Source: Candidatus Latescibacterota bacterium
Lineage (GTDB): Bacteria; Latescibacterota; UBA2968
DNA length: 64,000 nucleotides
Direction of reading: 5' to 3'
Assembly: GCA_965116885.1 (NCBI GenBank)
Contig: OZ220741.1
Location: 5,280,001-5,344,000, forward strand
The position numbers and the translations under genes were made by a program. Below are positions 50,848-61,342 of this stretch, piece by piece. How positions within the stretch are numbered: position 1 is the first letter of the stretch; each line of letters starts with the position of its first letter. The notes beneath the pieces are model-generated. The model was not told the DNA's origin, searched no databases, and saw only the letters and a list, made by a program, of their open reading frames with translations.

Positions 50848-52980
50848 TTATTCTTCGCTTCTAAAAACCAGCTTTATCACCATACTCTGTAGGGGTTGCA
50901 ATTTCATCGACACACCTTCATCTGTCAGCGCGATGCGATCAGAATCCAATCCGTCAAAAAATTGGTATGTATCGTACGCGGGAACCCGGTCTATACGCAA
51001 TAGCGAAACATCTGGCAAAAGATGAATTGGACAGACAACTTCCCTGACAAAACGCGCATCCAGATTATGCGCCACCAACAATCCCGAATGCCGGGTATAG
51101 CGCGTATAGGCAAAAACGCGGTCTTCAGAGTCGGTATTGCGATGAAAATAAACATGCCCGGTTTGCAACTCAGGTCGCTGGCTCACAAATTTGTGCAAAG
51201 CCTCATAAGCGGCAACAAGTTGTGAATGGGGTTCTCGCTCTGCCCACTCGGGATGCAACACTGTAGATGCTTCAAAATCAGTACGCGCCTCCTCGCCCCA
51301 TTCTGAACCCCACTCTAAAGCATACGCCAAATTCACATAATGCGCCGAACCCGCTGTCGCATTGATCAACGAACACTGGATATTGCGCAACAGAGCCAAC
51401 GTCCGAGACTGATAGCGCTCTCGCCAAATTTTTGTTGCGCGCGGGCTATCGTGATTCTCAAAATAAGCCATCGCCACAGTGCGGGGGGCAAATGTGCCAG
51501 ACGTGCGTTCTAAAAAGTCGGCATACTGATTTCCGTACTCCGCATCCCGATGAAAATCCACCAGCAATGCGTAAATCATATCCACCGGAATATCCACCGC
51601 CTCACTTAACTCGCACAGAGTTTCGCCCAAAACGAGCGCATCGGGCTTAACCGCATTGATGCGGTTTTTAATCTGCTTCAAAAATGGCCGGTCCACAGTC
51701 TGGCTCGCGTCAATACGCACCCCATCCAGATCACAAGTACGCATCCAAAAAGGCGCAATTCCCGACAAATAATTTTGCAACGATCTGTTAAAAGGCAAAT
51801 TGAGCAACGCCACATCCGAATAAACCAGCCATGCAATCTGATGAATTTTGGGCTGTCCGTGCTCATCCATCACATACCAGTCGGGATATTGTTCAATCAA
51901 CGGACAATCGCGGCTGGTTTGCATCAACACCAGGTCGAAAATCACCTGCTTGCCCAGCGCGTGCGCCCGCCGCGCTATCGCGCGCAATTCCGCACGCCCA
52001 ATCAACTGTATCAGCGCATCGCGCCCAACCCAATCAATTAATTCTTTGAATGTGCGAAAATTGTTAAAATCATCGACCTTACGCAACCTCGACAACTGTC
52101 GCTCGTGCAACAGCGTCTGCAAATCCAAGTCGTTAATCAACCCATCCGACACCAACGAAAGAAAATCCACCTCTTCTGGCGGCGTGACCAGAGCGGGATC
52201 AATCCGATAAAAATCCCGCACGGCATACACACTGCCCAACGCGCCTTTGCGCACATCCTGTCCCGTGTGCAAATCTCCAAACCCAGGTTCAAAAAAAGGG
52301 AGCAAATACACCACATCTGTCTGCATCTCCTCAAGGCGCAATATCACATCGCAAAATGTACCACTCACAAATTGCCCATCTGCATCCAGACGGGCACCAA
52401 CTTTTCGCACACAGACTTCGGTAATTGAAAGACAGTGGCGAACCTGATCGGGACTGATCGCGATTACCCCATCTCGATTCAGTGCAATATCATTAACCGA
52501 AATCCACGCCTTTGAAGCATCCGACAGTGCCTTATCATCGGCCGAAAACTCGACCGTATAGTGAAAAACTCCCGTCTGATCAATCCGTATCACATCCGAT
52601 TCAAAAACCAGATTATTCCCCAAAAGAACGGGTTGCCCCACCCCATCCACAATCATACGCATAGAAACATAAAAACCTGCCCCCGTGCGAAACTCGCCCC
52701 GCTCATCTACAAAGCCGCGATCATTCACATCGGTCCACAAACGCGCTTCCACATCGTCCGTGCGACAGGTAGCCAAATCGATATCCGCAACAAATAACTC
52801 AGCTCGAACACGCGCTTCTACTGCACGATCAGGCACCAAAAATGCCCGAGCCATCACTGAATCATATCGAATACCATCCAACTCAATCGTCAGATTACCA
52901 GCCCAGACATCTGCATTGTCATACGCCTGCACAGCATATCGCTCGTGCAATTTATATCTAAATTCCAAACGCTTACTCAC
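50848..52980 (-). CDS. GH13 alpha-amylase family protein
   Basis: YAVRDF, GVRIDA (nucleophile), LGET (acid/base), FENHD. GTG at 52980 follows GGAGG. Confidence 0.78.
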   Translation of the reverse strand: MSKRLEFRYKLHERYAVQAYDNADVWAGNLTIELDGIRYDSVMARAFLVPDRAVEARVRAELFVADIDLATCRTDDVEARLWTDVNDRGFVDERGEFRTGAGFYVSMRMIVDGVGQPVLLGNNLVFESDVIRIDQTGVFHYTVEFSADDKALSDASKAWISVNDIALNRDGVIAISPDQVRHCLSITEVCVRKVGARLDADGQFVSGTFCDVILRLEEMQTDVVYLLPFFEPGFGDLHTGQDVRKGALGSVYAVRDFYRIDPALVTPPEEVDFLSLVSDGLINDLDLQTLLHERQLSRLRKVDDFNNFRTFKELIDWVGRDALIQLIGRAELRAIARRAHALGKQVIFDLVLMQTSRDCPLIEQYPDWYVMDEHGQPKIHQIAWLVYSDVALLNLPFNRSLQNYLSGIAPFWMRTCDLDGVRIDASQTVDRPFLKQIKNRINAVKPDALVLGETLCELSEAVDIPVDMIYALLVDFHRDAEYGNQYADFLERTSGTFAPRTVAMAYFENHDSPRATKIWRERYQSRTLALLRNIQCSLINATAGSAHYVNLAYALEWGSEWGEEARTDFEASTVLHPEWAEREPHSQLVAAYEALHKFVSQRPELQTGHVYFHRNTDSEDRVFAYTRYTRHSGLLVAHNLDARFVREVVCPIHLLPDVSLLRIDRVPAYDTYQFFDGLDSDRIALTDEGVSMKLQPLQSMVIKLVFRSEE

Positions 52981-53077
52981 ATATCCTCCCTGTAAAATGC
53001 ACTCCGGACAATATACGAAAGTTTGTGGGGGAAATCTCACCTTTTGTAATACGCATTTAACAGATAAGAAACGGTAA

Positions 53078-53484
<407 letters not shown>

Positions 53485-53510
53485 CACAATCATAATACCA
53501 GGAGAATACA

Positions 53511-54839
53511 ATGATTAAACGCCATAACATCTTTACCCTGCTCATCGGCCTGGCATTGTTGCTCGCCTTGCCCAACATCGCGCTTGCCGACGCACACGAG
53601 CCCAACTCAGGCGACACTGCCTGGATGCTTACCTCAACTGCACTGGTGCTATTTATGACCATACCCGGCCTCGCCCTCTTTTACGGCGGCCTCGTACGCA
53701 CCAAAAACGTTTTGTCTGTTCTCATGCAGTGTTTCGCCCTCACCGCCATCATGACCCTGGTCTGGGTTATCATTGGCTACAGTCTCGCCTTTAACACCGA
53801 TGGCATGGAAGCCGGTACGACCAACATAAACTCCTTTGTCGGTGGTTTAGGCACCATGTTCTTATCCGGTGTGACCGCCAGCAGCCTGTCTGGCACCATA
53901 CCCGAAACAGTTTTCATCACCTTCCAGATGACTTTTGCCATTATCACCCCGGCCCTCATCGTCGGTGCTTTTGCAGAGCGCATGAAATTCTCAGCCATGA
54001 TCCTGTTCTCGATCCTCTGGTCCATCGTAGTCTATGCACCTATCTGCCACATGGCCTGGAGCGGTGACGGTTCCTTCTTTGGCGACATGGGCGTACTCGA
54101 CTTTGCAGGTGGCACGGTTGTACACATCAACGCGGGCATTGCAGCCCTTGTGGCCTGTATTGTCATTGGCAAACGCCAGGGCTATCCCGACACACTTATG
54201 GCCCCTCACAGCCTTACAATCACCGTCATAGGCGCGTCCATGCTGTGGGTCGGCTGGTTCGGCTTTAATGCCGGGAGTGCCGTCGCTGCCGATGGAGCCG
54301 CAGGCATGGCCATGCTCGTCACGCAGGTAGCCACCGCATCTGCAACACTGGGCTGGATAGCTGCCGAATGGATCAAACACGGCAAACCCAGTATCCTGGG
54401 TGCAGTCACAGGTGCTGTCGCTGGCCTCGTCGCCATCACCCCTGCTTCGGGTAGCGTAGGACCGATGGGCGCAATAGTCGTTGGCCTCGCTTCTGGCGTC
54501 ATCTGCTTCTGGGCCGCCACCAGCCTCAAGCGCGCATTGGGTTATGACGACTCTCTCGATGCCTTTGGTGTTCACGGCATAGGCGGTATTGTAGGCGCGC
54601 TCCTTACAGGGATCTTTGCCGCTGAAAGCCTCGGAGGACAGGGCCTTAGTGCCGATTCTATCGGCGGACAATTCGTCGTACAGCTCGTCGGCGTCGTCTT
54701 CACCATTGTCTATTGCGGTGTCTTATCCTTCATCTTACTCAAAATCGTCGATGCCATCGTCGGTTTACGAGTCTCGCAAGACGAAGAAACCGAAGGACTC
54801 GATATTGCCCTCCACGACGAACGCGGCTACAATTATTAA
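53511..54839 (+). CDS. amtB: Ammonium transporter AmtB copy 1
   Basis: PGLALFYGG, DFAGGTVVHINAG, WFGFNAGS, DAFGVHG. Confidence 0.96.
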   Translation: MIKRHNIFTLLIGLALLLALPNIALADAHEPNSGDTAWMLTSTALVLFMTIPGLALFYGGLVRTKNVLSVLMQCFALTAIMTLVWVIIGYSLAFNTDGMEAGTTNINSFVGGLGTMFLSGVTASSLSGTIPETVFITFQMTFAIITPALIVGAFAERMKFSAMILFSILWSIVVYAPICHMAWSGDGSFFGDMGVLDFAGGTVVHINAGIAALVACIVIGKRQGYPDTLMAPHSLTITVIGASMLWVGWFGFNAGSAVAADGAAGMAMLVTQVATASATLGWIAAEWIKHGKPSILGAVTGAVAGLVAITPASGSVGPMGAIVVGLASGVICFWAATSLKRALGYDDSLDAFGVHGIGGIVGALLTGIFAAESLGGQGLSADSIGGQFVVQLVGVVFTIVYCGVLSFILLKIVDAIVGLRVSQDEETEGLDIALHDERGYNY

Positions 54840-54859
54840 AATTATCAGCCAAATAAACC

Positions 54860-54928
54860 AAAAGAGCGGGCACGATGTGTCCGCTCTTTTTATTTTTCAA
54901 GCGCACATTGATGTGTGCTTTTTTTTTT
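54860..54928 (+). terminator. Two consecutive intrinsic terminators after amtB1
   Basis: AAAAGAGCGG..CCGCTCTTTTT, then GCGCACAT-TG-ATGTGTGC followed by a long T-run. Confidence 0.75.
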
Positions 54929-55022
54929 CTTTGTAATTCAAAAATCGGGTTTTATAATACCCCTCCCTAAAAAGGATCGAAAAGCGATCCCGACCACACA
55001 CCTCATGAAGGAGGAGTACAGT

Positions 55023-55361
55023 ATGAAACTCATCACAGCAGTCATCCAGCCCCACAAGCTGGACGATGTGCGCGCAGCACTCGGCGACATCGGCATCCAG
55101 GGCATGACCGTCACCGAAGCGCGCGGCTTTGGACGCCAAAGAGGACACCGAGAAGTCTATCGCGGTGCCGAATACATCGTCGATTTTCTACCCAAAGCCA
55201 AGCTGGAAATCGCCATCGATGACGATATGGTTGGTCGCGCTATTGATGCGATAGAGCATGCAGCCAAAACAGGCAACGTAGGTGATGGGAAAATTTTTGT
55301 CACAGATCTGGGACAAGCTGTTCGCATTCGGACGGGTGAAACCGGACCCGACGCACTTTAG
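55023..55361 (+). CDS. glnK: P-II nitrogen regulator GlnK copy 2 (intact, 112 aa)
   Basis: GFGRQRG, YRGAEY T-loop, TGNVGDGKIF, RIRTGE; SD GGAGGAG. Confidence 0.96.
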   Translation: MKLITAVIQPHKLDDVRAALGDIGIQGMTVTEARGFGRQRGHREVYRGAEYIVDFLPKAKLEIAIDDDMVGRAIDAIEHAAKTGNVGDGKIFVTDLGQAVRIRTGETGPDAL

Positions 55362-55397
55362 AAACACAAAATGAAAAACTTTGGAGGGAACACAAAT

Positions 55398-56723
55398 ATG
55401 AAACGCCACTCTTACATCTTAGCAAGCCTCATGCTCATCTTAGGACTCCCAGACCTCGCACTTGCCGATGCACACGAGCAACTCAACGGCAGTGACACAG
55501 CCTGGCTACTCACCTCAACTGCCCTGGTGCTATTTATGACCATCCCAGGTCTCGCCCTCTTTTACGGCGGCCTCGTACGCGCAAAAAATGTACTCTCCGT
55601 CCTCATGCAGTGTTTTGCACTCACCGCAATATTGAGCGTCGTCTGGGTCATCATCGGCTATAGTCTCGCCTTCAATACCAATGGCATGACAGCAGGTACC
55701 ACGAATCTCAACTCCTTTATTGGTGGTCTGGGCACCGCGTTCTTGTCCGGTGTGACAGCCGATAGTCTATCTGGCACGATTCCAGAAACGGTCTTCATCA
55801 CATTTCAAATGACCTTCTTTATCATTACACCTGCGCTCATTGTCGGGGCTTTTGCCGAACGCATGAAATTTTCAGCCGTACTCTTATTCTCCGTGCTCTG
55901 GGGCATTTTTGTTTACGCGCCTATCTGCCACATGACATGGGGTGGTGACGGTTCCTTCTTTGGCGACATGGGCGTACTCGACTTTGCAGGTGGACTCGTT
56001 GTACACATCAACGCGGGTGTTGCAGCACTCGTCGCGTGCATTGTCATTGGCAAACGCCAGGGATATCCCGACGCACAAATTTTGCCTCACAGCCTCAGCC
56101 TTACGGTCGTTGGCGCGTCCATGCTGTGGGTCGGTTGGTTCGGCTTTAATGCCGGAAGTGCTGTCGCAGCCGACGGAGCCGCAGGCATGGCCATGCTCGT
56201 CACGCAGATATCTGCTGCAGTCGCCACCTCCACCTGGATGTTTATCGAATGGATCAAAAACGGCAAACCCAGTATTTTAGGCGCTGTCACGGGCACCATT
56301 GCGGGATTGGGCGCCATCACCCCGGCTTCGGGTAGCGTAGGCCCCCTGGGTGCAATTGTCATCGGCCTTGCTGCCGGTGCTATTTGCTTTTGGGCATCCA
56401 CCACACTCAAACGCAAATTGGGCTACGACGACTCCCTCGACGTCTTCGGCGTCCACGGCGTGGGCGGCATTATTGGCACCCTGCTATGTGGTATTTTTGT
56501 CGTCAAAAGTTTGGGTGGTCAGGGATTGGCCGAAGGCATGACCATGGGCAGTCAATTTACCGCGCAACTGACAGCGGTTATTATCACCATCGTCTATTGC
56601 GGCGTGGTATCCTTCATCCTGCTCAAAATCGTTGACGCTGCCGTTGGCCTGCGCGTCTCGCAAGAAGAAGAAACCGGAGGACTCGATATTGCCCTCCACG
56701 ACGAACGCGGCTACAATTATTAA
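55398..56723 (+). CDS. amtB: Ammonium transporter AmtB copy 2
   Basis: Same motifs as copy 1; both channel His residues are present. Confidence 0.96.
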   Translation: MKRHSYILASLMLILGLPDLALADAHEQLNGSDTAWLLTSTALVLFMTIPGLALFYGGLVRAKNVLSVLMQCFALTAILSVVWVIIGYSLAFNTNGMTAGTTNLNSFIGGLGTAFLSGVTADSLSGTIPETVFITFQMTFFIITPALIVGAFAERMKFSAVLLFSVLWGIFVYAPICHMTWGGDGSFFGDMGVLDFAGGLVVHINAGVAALVACIVIGKRQGYPDAQILPHSLSLTVVGASMLWVGWFGFNAGSAVAADGAAGMAMLVTQISAAVATSTWMFIEWIKNGKPSILGAVTGTIAGLGAITPASGSVGPLGAIVIGLAAGAICFWASTTLKRKLGYDDSLDVFGVHGVGGIIGTLLCGIFVVKSLGGQGLAEGMTMGSQFTAQLTAVIITIVYCGVVSFILLKIVDAAVGLRVSQEEETGGLDIALHDERGYNY

Positions 56724-56742
56724 CCTGCTTGACAAAGTGGAC

Positions 56743-56775
56743 AAAAAAAGCGGGTATTATGTACCCGCTTTTTTT
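56743..56775 (+). terminator. Intrinsic terminator after amtB2
   Basis: AAAAAAAGCGGGTA-TTATG-TACCCGCTTTTTTT. Confidence 0.85.
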
Positions 56776-56851
56776 GTTGTTGCAATTATTTTCCAGACAC
56801 CTTTATTTTCTCACCGACAACCGTCATAATCCACCACAGAAAGGAACAAAG

Positions 56852-57811
56852 ATGAAAATTGTTTTACACCCCCCTGTCGATGAAGACCTTTGCCAACAAG
56901 TGCGAGACACGGCCCCCAACGCCGAAGTTGTCATGGCAGATGACAAAAATGTCATTGAAGCTGTCGCAGATGCCGAAATTATATTTGGAAATTTTTCGTC
57001 TGAAATTGTCAGTGCAGCCCCCAATCTCAAATGGATTCAATCCACCAGTGCCGGCATGGACAAAGCACTGATCCCCGAAGTCGCCAACAGCGACATCACA
57101 ATATGCAATGCCAGCGGCGTCCATGCCGTTCAGGTCGCCGAACACGCCTGGGCACTCACCACTGCCCTCACGCGCGGGCTACACGTTTCTTTTCGCCATC
57201 AACTCGACCATGCCTGGACGCGTCCACCGCTCGCCGACTTATTAGAAGCCACCGTTCTCATCGTCGGATTTGGCGGCATTGGTCAATACTATGCACAACT
57301 CGCCCAGGGCTATGACGCGCGTCTGATTGCGCTGGATATCCAGGGCGGAGACAAACCCGATTACGTCGAAGCAATATGGGACATGGATCGCCTGGACGAA
57401 GGTCTGCAAATAGCCGATGTCGTATTTATCGCCGTACCGTACACACCCGAAACCGAAAAACTCATCAATGCCCGCACCCTGAGCCTGATGAAAAAAACCG
57501 CCTTTCTGGTCAACACCGCACGCGGTCCCATCGTCGATGAAGCCGCTCTGGCAGAGGGCCTCAAAAACGGAGAAATCGCCGGTGCTGGCCTGGACGTGTT
57601 TGAGAAAGAACCCCTGTCTCCCGACAGCCCGCTCTGGGACATGGAAAATGTCATCATCACCCCACACGCAGCCGGTGGATCACCCAATCGACACAACCGA
57701 ACCATTGGATTCTTCTGCCAAAATCTGAAACGCTATCAGGCGGGCGAGCCGCTCTTTAACGAAGTTGACAAATCCCTCGGATATCCAAAACGGGAACGAC
57801 GCGTCAAATGA
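56852..57811 (+). CDS. D-2-hydroxyacid dehydrogenase family protein
   Basis: IVGFGGIG, VNTARG, GLDVFEKEP, ITPHAAG. Confidence 0.92.
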   Translation: MKIVLHPPVDEDLCQQVRDTAPNAEVVMADDKNVIEAVADAEIIFGNFSSEIVSAAPNLKWIQSTSAGMDKALIPEVANSDITICNASGVHAVQVAEHAWALTTALTRGLHVSFRHQLDHAWTRPPLADLLEATVLIVGFGGIGQYYAQLAQGYDARLIALDIQGGDKPDYVEAIWDMDRLDEGLQIADVVFIAVPYTPETEKLINARTLSLMKKTAFLVNTARGPIVDEAALAEGLKNGEIAGAGLDVFEKEPLSPDSPLWDMENVIITPHAAGGSPNRHNRTIGFFCQNLKRYQAGEPLFNEVDKSLGYPKRERRVK

Positions 57812-59406
57812 AAAAACCCAATATCATCGTCATTCTCGTAGATGACATGGGCTATTCGGATCTCGGCTCTTATGGTGGCGAGATCCGGACGCCCAATCTG
57901 GATCGCCTATCGGCAAATGGCCTGCGATTCACGCAAAGTTACAACTCTGCCCGCTGTTGTCCTTCGCGGGCTTCGCTGCTCACGGGCCTGTATTCCCATC
58001 AGACTGGCATCGCCAATTTTACGGGAAGAGATCAAACCGCCGAACTGGGACCAGCCTATTTGGGTCGGTTAAACAACAACTGCGTAACACTGGCCGAAGT
58101 CCTCAAAACCGCAGGCTACAGCACCTATGGCGTTGGAAAATGGCACGTTGGCGATCAAGTTAAACCAACAGACCGGGGATTTGACGAATACTACGGATTC
58201 ATCAAAGGCCACAGCGCACCGCAATGGGATCCGTCTTATTATCATCGCTATCCCGAAACTCGAACACCCGAACTCTCTTTTGATGACGATGCATACTACG
58301 CAACAGAAGCATTCAACGATTACGCCGTAGAATTTATCGAACAGGCGCAACAAAAAGACAACCCCTATTTCCTCTACCTCGCCCACTCGGCTCCGCATTT
58401 TCCCTTACATGCCCCGGCAGAAACCCGCGATTCATATCTCGACATTTACCGTCGCGGTTGGGATGTCTTGCGCCGTGAACGCTACGCGCGCCAGAAAGAA
58501 TCCGGCCTGGCAACAGAAAACTGGCAATTTACACCGCGCTCACTTGTCCCCATTGAAGAAAATGATGCCATCGCAAATGGGTACAGCGGCAAACAGAATC
58601 CCGCATGGGAGGACCTCCCCCAGGATCGACAGGAAGATCTCACCTACCGCATGGCGGTCTTTGCGGCCATGATCGAGCATATCGATCGCGGTATAGGCAG
58701 AATCATTGATCGTCTGAAAGAAACAGGAGAACTGGACAACACACTCATTCTATTTACAAGTGACAACGGCGCGTGTTACGAATGGGGACCGTTTGGATTT
58801 GACGAACGCAGCAGATTGGGCGTCACCCATCTCCACACGGGCGAGGAACTCAAAAAAATCGGTGGACCGGACACCTATCACTCTGTGGGCAGCGCGTGGT
58901 CGTGCCTGAGCAACGCGCCGCTACGCATGTACAAACACTACAACCACGAAGGCGGAAATTGCAGCCCATTCATCGCCCATTGGCCCGAAGGGATTGCGCA
59001 ACCCGACCGCTGGGTTCGCACCCCCATGCACCTGTTTGACATCATGCCGACTATATGCGAAATTACCGGAGCCGAATATCCCGAAACGCACAATGGAGAA
59101 CGCATTCACCCGCAAGAAGGGACGAGCCTCGTACCCCTATTCAACGCACAGAACCTGCCCGAACGCAGCCTGTGTTTCGATCACTTTGAAGCCAGTGCCA
59201 TACGCAGGGGAAAATGGAAATTGCTGAAGGGCAACACCCGATACCCCAACAAAAATTGGGAACTCTACGACATGGAAAAAGACCGCTGTGAAACCAGCGA
59301 TCTATCAGCAGAACATCCCAAACTGGTAAAATCACTCGAACGAGAATGGATTGAATGGGCCGTGCGGGTTAAAGTACATCCCTACCATCAGGAGGTGGCA
59401 AAATGA
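57808..59406 (+). CDS. Arylsulfatase
   Basis: PNIIVILVDDMG, CCPSRASLLTG, GKWH, SDNG, WELYD. Confidence 0.93.
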   Translation: MKKPNIIVILVDDMGYSDLGSYGGEIRTPNLDRLSANGLRFTQSYNSARCCPSRASLLTGLYSHQTGIANFTGRDQTAELGPAYLGRLNNNCVTLAEVLKTAGYSTYGVGKWHVGDQVKPTDRGFDEYYGFIKGHSAPQWDPSYYHRYPETRTPELSFDDDAYYATEAFNDYAVEFIEQAQQKDNPYFLYLAHSAPHFPLHAPAETRDSYLDIYRRGWDVLRRERYARQKESGLATENWQFTPRSLVPIEENDAIANGYSGKQNPAWEDLPQDRQEDLTYRMAVFAAMIEHIDRGIGRIIDRLKETGELDNTLILFTSDNGACYEWGPFGFDERSRLGVTHLHTGEELKKIGGPDTYHSVGSAWSCLSNAPLRMYKHYNHEGGNCSPFIAHWPEGIAQPDRWVRTPMHLFDIMPTICEITGAEYPETHNGERIHPQEGTSLVPLFNAQNLPERSLCFDHFEASAIRRGKWKLLKGNTRYPNKNWELYDMEKDRCETSDLSAEHPKLVKSLEREWIEWAVRVKVHPYHQEVAK

Positions 59407-60725
59407 GCATTACTCGATTCACCATGGAAGAAGTACGCTGTTTTGCCGAACGCCAGCAATTTGACATTCGTCCTCTGACTTTTTTGGTCGGAGAAAACAG
59501 TACTGGCAAGACAACAGCACTGGCGTGTTTTCAAGTATTGGCAAATTATTTGAAGAATGGAGAAGTTAATTTCGATGCAGATCCCTATTCAATGGGCATC
59601 TTTCGGGATATCGTCAGAAATAGCAGAAAAAAAGACAAATCTTTTAAGCTCGGATTTACTTTTGAAGGCGCTCCTGAAGATATCGAATATACTGTTGAAT
59701 TTGTTCAAAAGAAGGATGGACTTGAACCAGACGTTAAGTCCATAACAATAAAGTTCACTGACGGTGAACTCGTTTGCAATATTGAAAATGAAGCAACAAG
59801 GAGAAGCTTTCGTTTGACTTCCTTTGATCAAAAACGGAACCAATATCATATAAATTGTTCAGCAGATTTTTTGTATCGCTTTCCCTTCTCCTCTTTTCGT
59901 TTATATAGTTTTGCTCTTAGGGAAGAGCAATCCAAAGGTGAAAATGCATTGGCAAACTATTTAGAGCAAAAGGAAAAAAATGCTGGAGGGAGAAAATACC
60001 TAACGACGAAGGCCGATATATCTGTATTTAGCACATCACCGATTCGTTCACGCCCCAAACGGACCTATGATCCAACAAGGGAATTTAATGACCCCGAAGG
60101 AAGTGATGTGCCGATGCGATTGATGCGGACAGAAGCGACAAAAAAAGACAAATGGGAAACCTTGAAACAGCAATTGATTGAATTTGGTAGGGGGTCGGGA
60201 TTATTTCAGAACATCGAAATTCAAAACCTCGGTGGGTCTCTGGGATCTCCATTCCAACTTAAAGTCAAGGTGAGAGGTCCCAATTCCAATATCGTTGATG
60301 TCGGATACGGAGTCAGCCAAATTTTACCGATTCTGGTGCATATCTTGGATTCTGATATTTCTCGTTCGCGTTTCTATAGAAAAGTAGGAATGGATTTCTT
60401 CTTACTACAACAACCTGAAGTCCATCTGCATCCAAAGGCACAAGCCCAACTCTCTTCTTTACTATCTACATTAGCGAGCCAAGGCGGACAGTCTTTCATC
60501 GTCGAAACACATAGCGACTACATGATTGACCGCGCACGCATTGAAATTATGAAAGGCACTATCGAACCTGAAGATGTGTCTTTGATATATTTAGAACCCA
60601 AGGGACGCGTTGTCAATGTACATAATATCAGCTTTGACAATATGGGTAATATGACTGGTGTACCAGCGCATTACAGAGGATTTTTCTTAAAAGAAACTGA
60701 CCGGTTACTTGGTTTTGAGGATTAA
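59403..60725 (+). CDS. ABC-type (AAA_15/AAA_21, DUF3696-like) ATPase, non-transport
   Basis: Walker A GENSTGKT, signature-like VGYGVSQ, Walker B/D-loop LLQQPEVHLHP, H-loop VETHS; no TM partner. Confidence 0.85.
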   Translation: MSITRFTMEEVRCFAERQQFDIRPLTFLVGENSTGKTTALACFQVLANYLKNGEVNFDADPYSMGIFRDIVRNSRKKDKSFKLGFTFEGAPEDIEYTVEFVQKKDGLEPDVKSITIKFTDGELVCNIENEATRRSFRLTSFDQKRNQYHINCSADFLYRFPFSSFRLYSFALREEQSKGENALANYLEQKEKNAGGRKYLTTKADISVFSTSPIRSRPKRTYDPTREFNDPEGSDVPMRLMRTEATKKDKWETLKQQLIEFGRGSGLFQNIEIQNLGGSLGSPFQLKVKVRGPNSNIVDVGYGVSQILPILVHILDSDISRSRFYRKVGMDFFLLQQPEVHLHPKAQAQLSSLLSTLASQGGQSFIVETHSDYMIDRARIEIMKGTIEPEDVSLIYLEPKGRVVNVHNISFDNMGNMTGVPAHYRGFFLKETDRLLGFED

Positions 60726-60728
60726 ATT

Positions 60729-61217
60729 ATGTGTGCCATTCTCGATACTAATTGCTTTAATAAATTTAAGAATCCAGCCGATGAGGATATGAAGCCTGTG
60801 CGGAATTGGTTGAAAAACAAAAAGGGCAAAATAGCGTACTCCAATACCAACAAATTTGACAGGGAATGGGAGGATGGGGGAATGAAAGATCAAATGAAGG
60901 AACTAAGTCGAGCTGGTCAACTTAAACGGTTTTGCGCTAAAGAGGTAGAAAAAAAAGAGAATGAACTAGCGAATGAACAAAAAGAAGAAATAAAATCCGA
61001 TGATCTGCATATTATAGCATTAGCTATGATAGCAAATGTAAAAGTGTTAATTGTCCAAAACCTCTCTGACATCCCAAAGGAAGAAGAAAATAAAAAAAAG
61101 AGAGACTCAAGAGGCGCTGACCCAAAACTACAGGCAGATTTTAAGAATCTGGTTGGTGGCAAAGTGTACATGACAAAATCACATTCACATTTGCTAAAAA
61201 AAGATACCTGTCCTTAA
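60729..61217 (+). CDS. PIN-like domain protein
   Basis: AILDTN first strand, KSDDLHIIALA, later ADPKL; starts 3 nt after the ATPase stop. Confidence 0.6.
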   Translation: MCAILDTNCFNKFKNPADEDMKPVRNWLKNKKGKIAYSNTNKFDREWEDGGMKDQMKELSRAGQLKRFCAKEVEKKENELANEQKEEIKSDDLHIIALAMIANVKVLIVQNLSDIPKEEENKKKRDSRGADPKLQADFKNLVGGKVYMTKSHSHLLKKDTCP

Positions 61218-61255
61218 CTGAACATTCTAATTCCGGGCGTTATTTTTTCGTATTC

Positions 61256-61285
61256 TTGACCAAACGGCAAAGAAATACCTATGAT
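61256..61285 (+). promoter_or_regulatory. Putative sigma70 promoter (TTGACC-N18-TATGAT)
   Basis: Read directly; suggests the real start is ATG 61343 after GGAGA. Confidence 0.5.
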
Positions 61286-61342
61286 AGTGCAAATTCAAGA
61301 GTTCTACTTATGTCACAACAAATCAACATTTTCGGAGATAAT

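Noticed and set aside
53045..53062. GlnR/TnrA box upstream of glnK1 (TGTAA-N8-TAACA)
   Set aside because: Spacing is 8 rather than 7, and no matching site was seen before glnK2.
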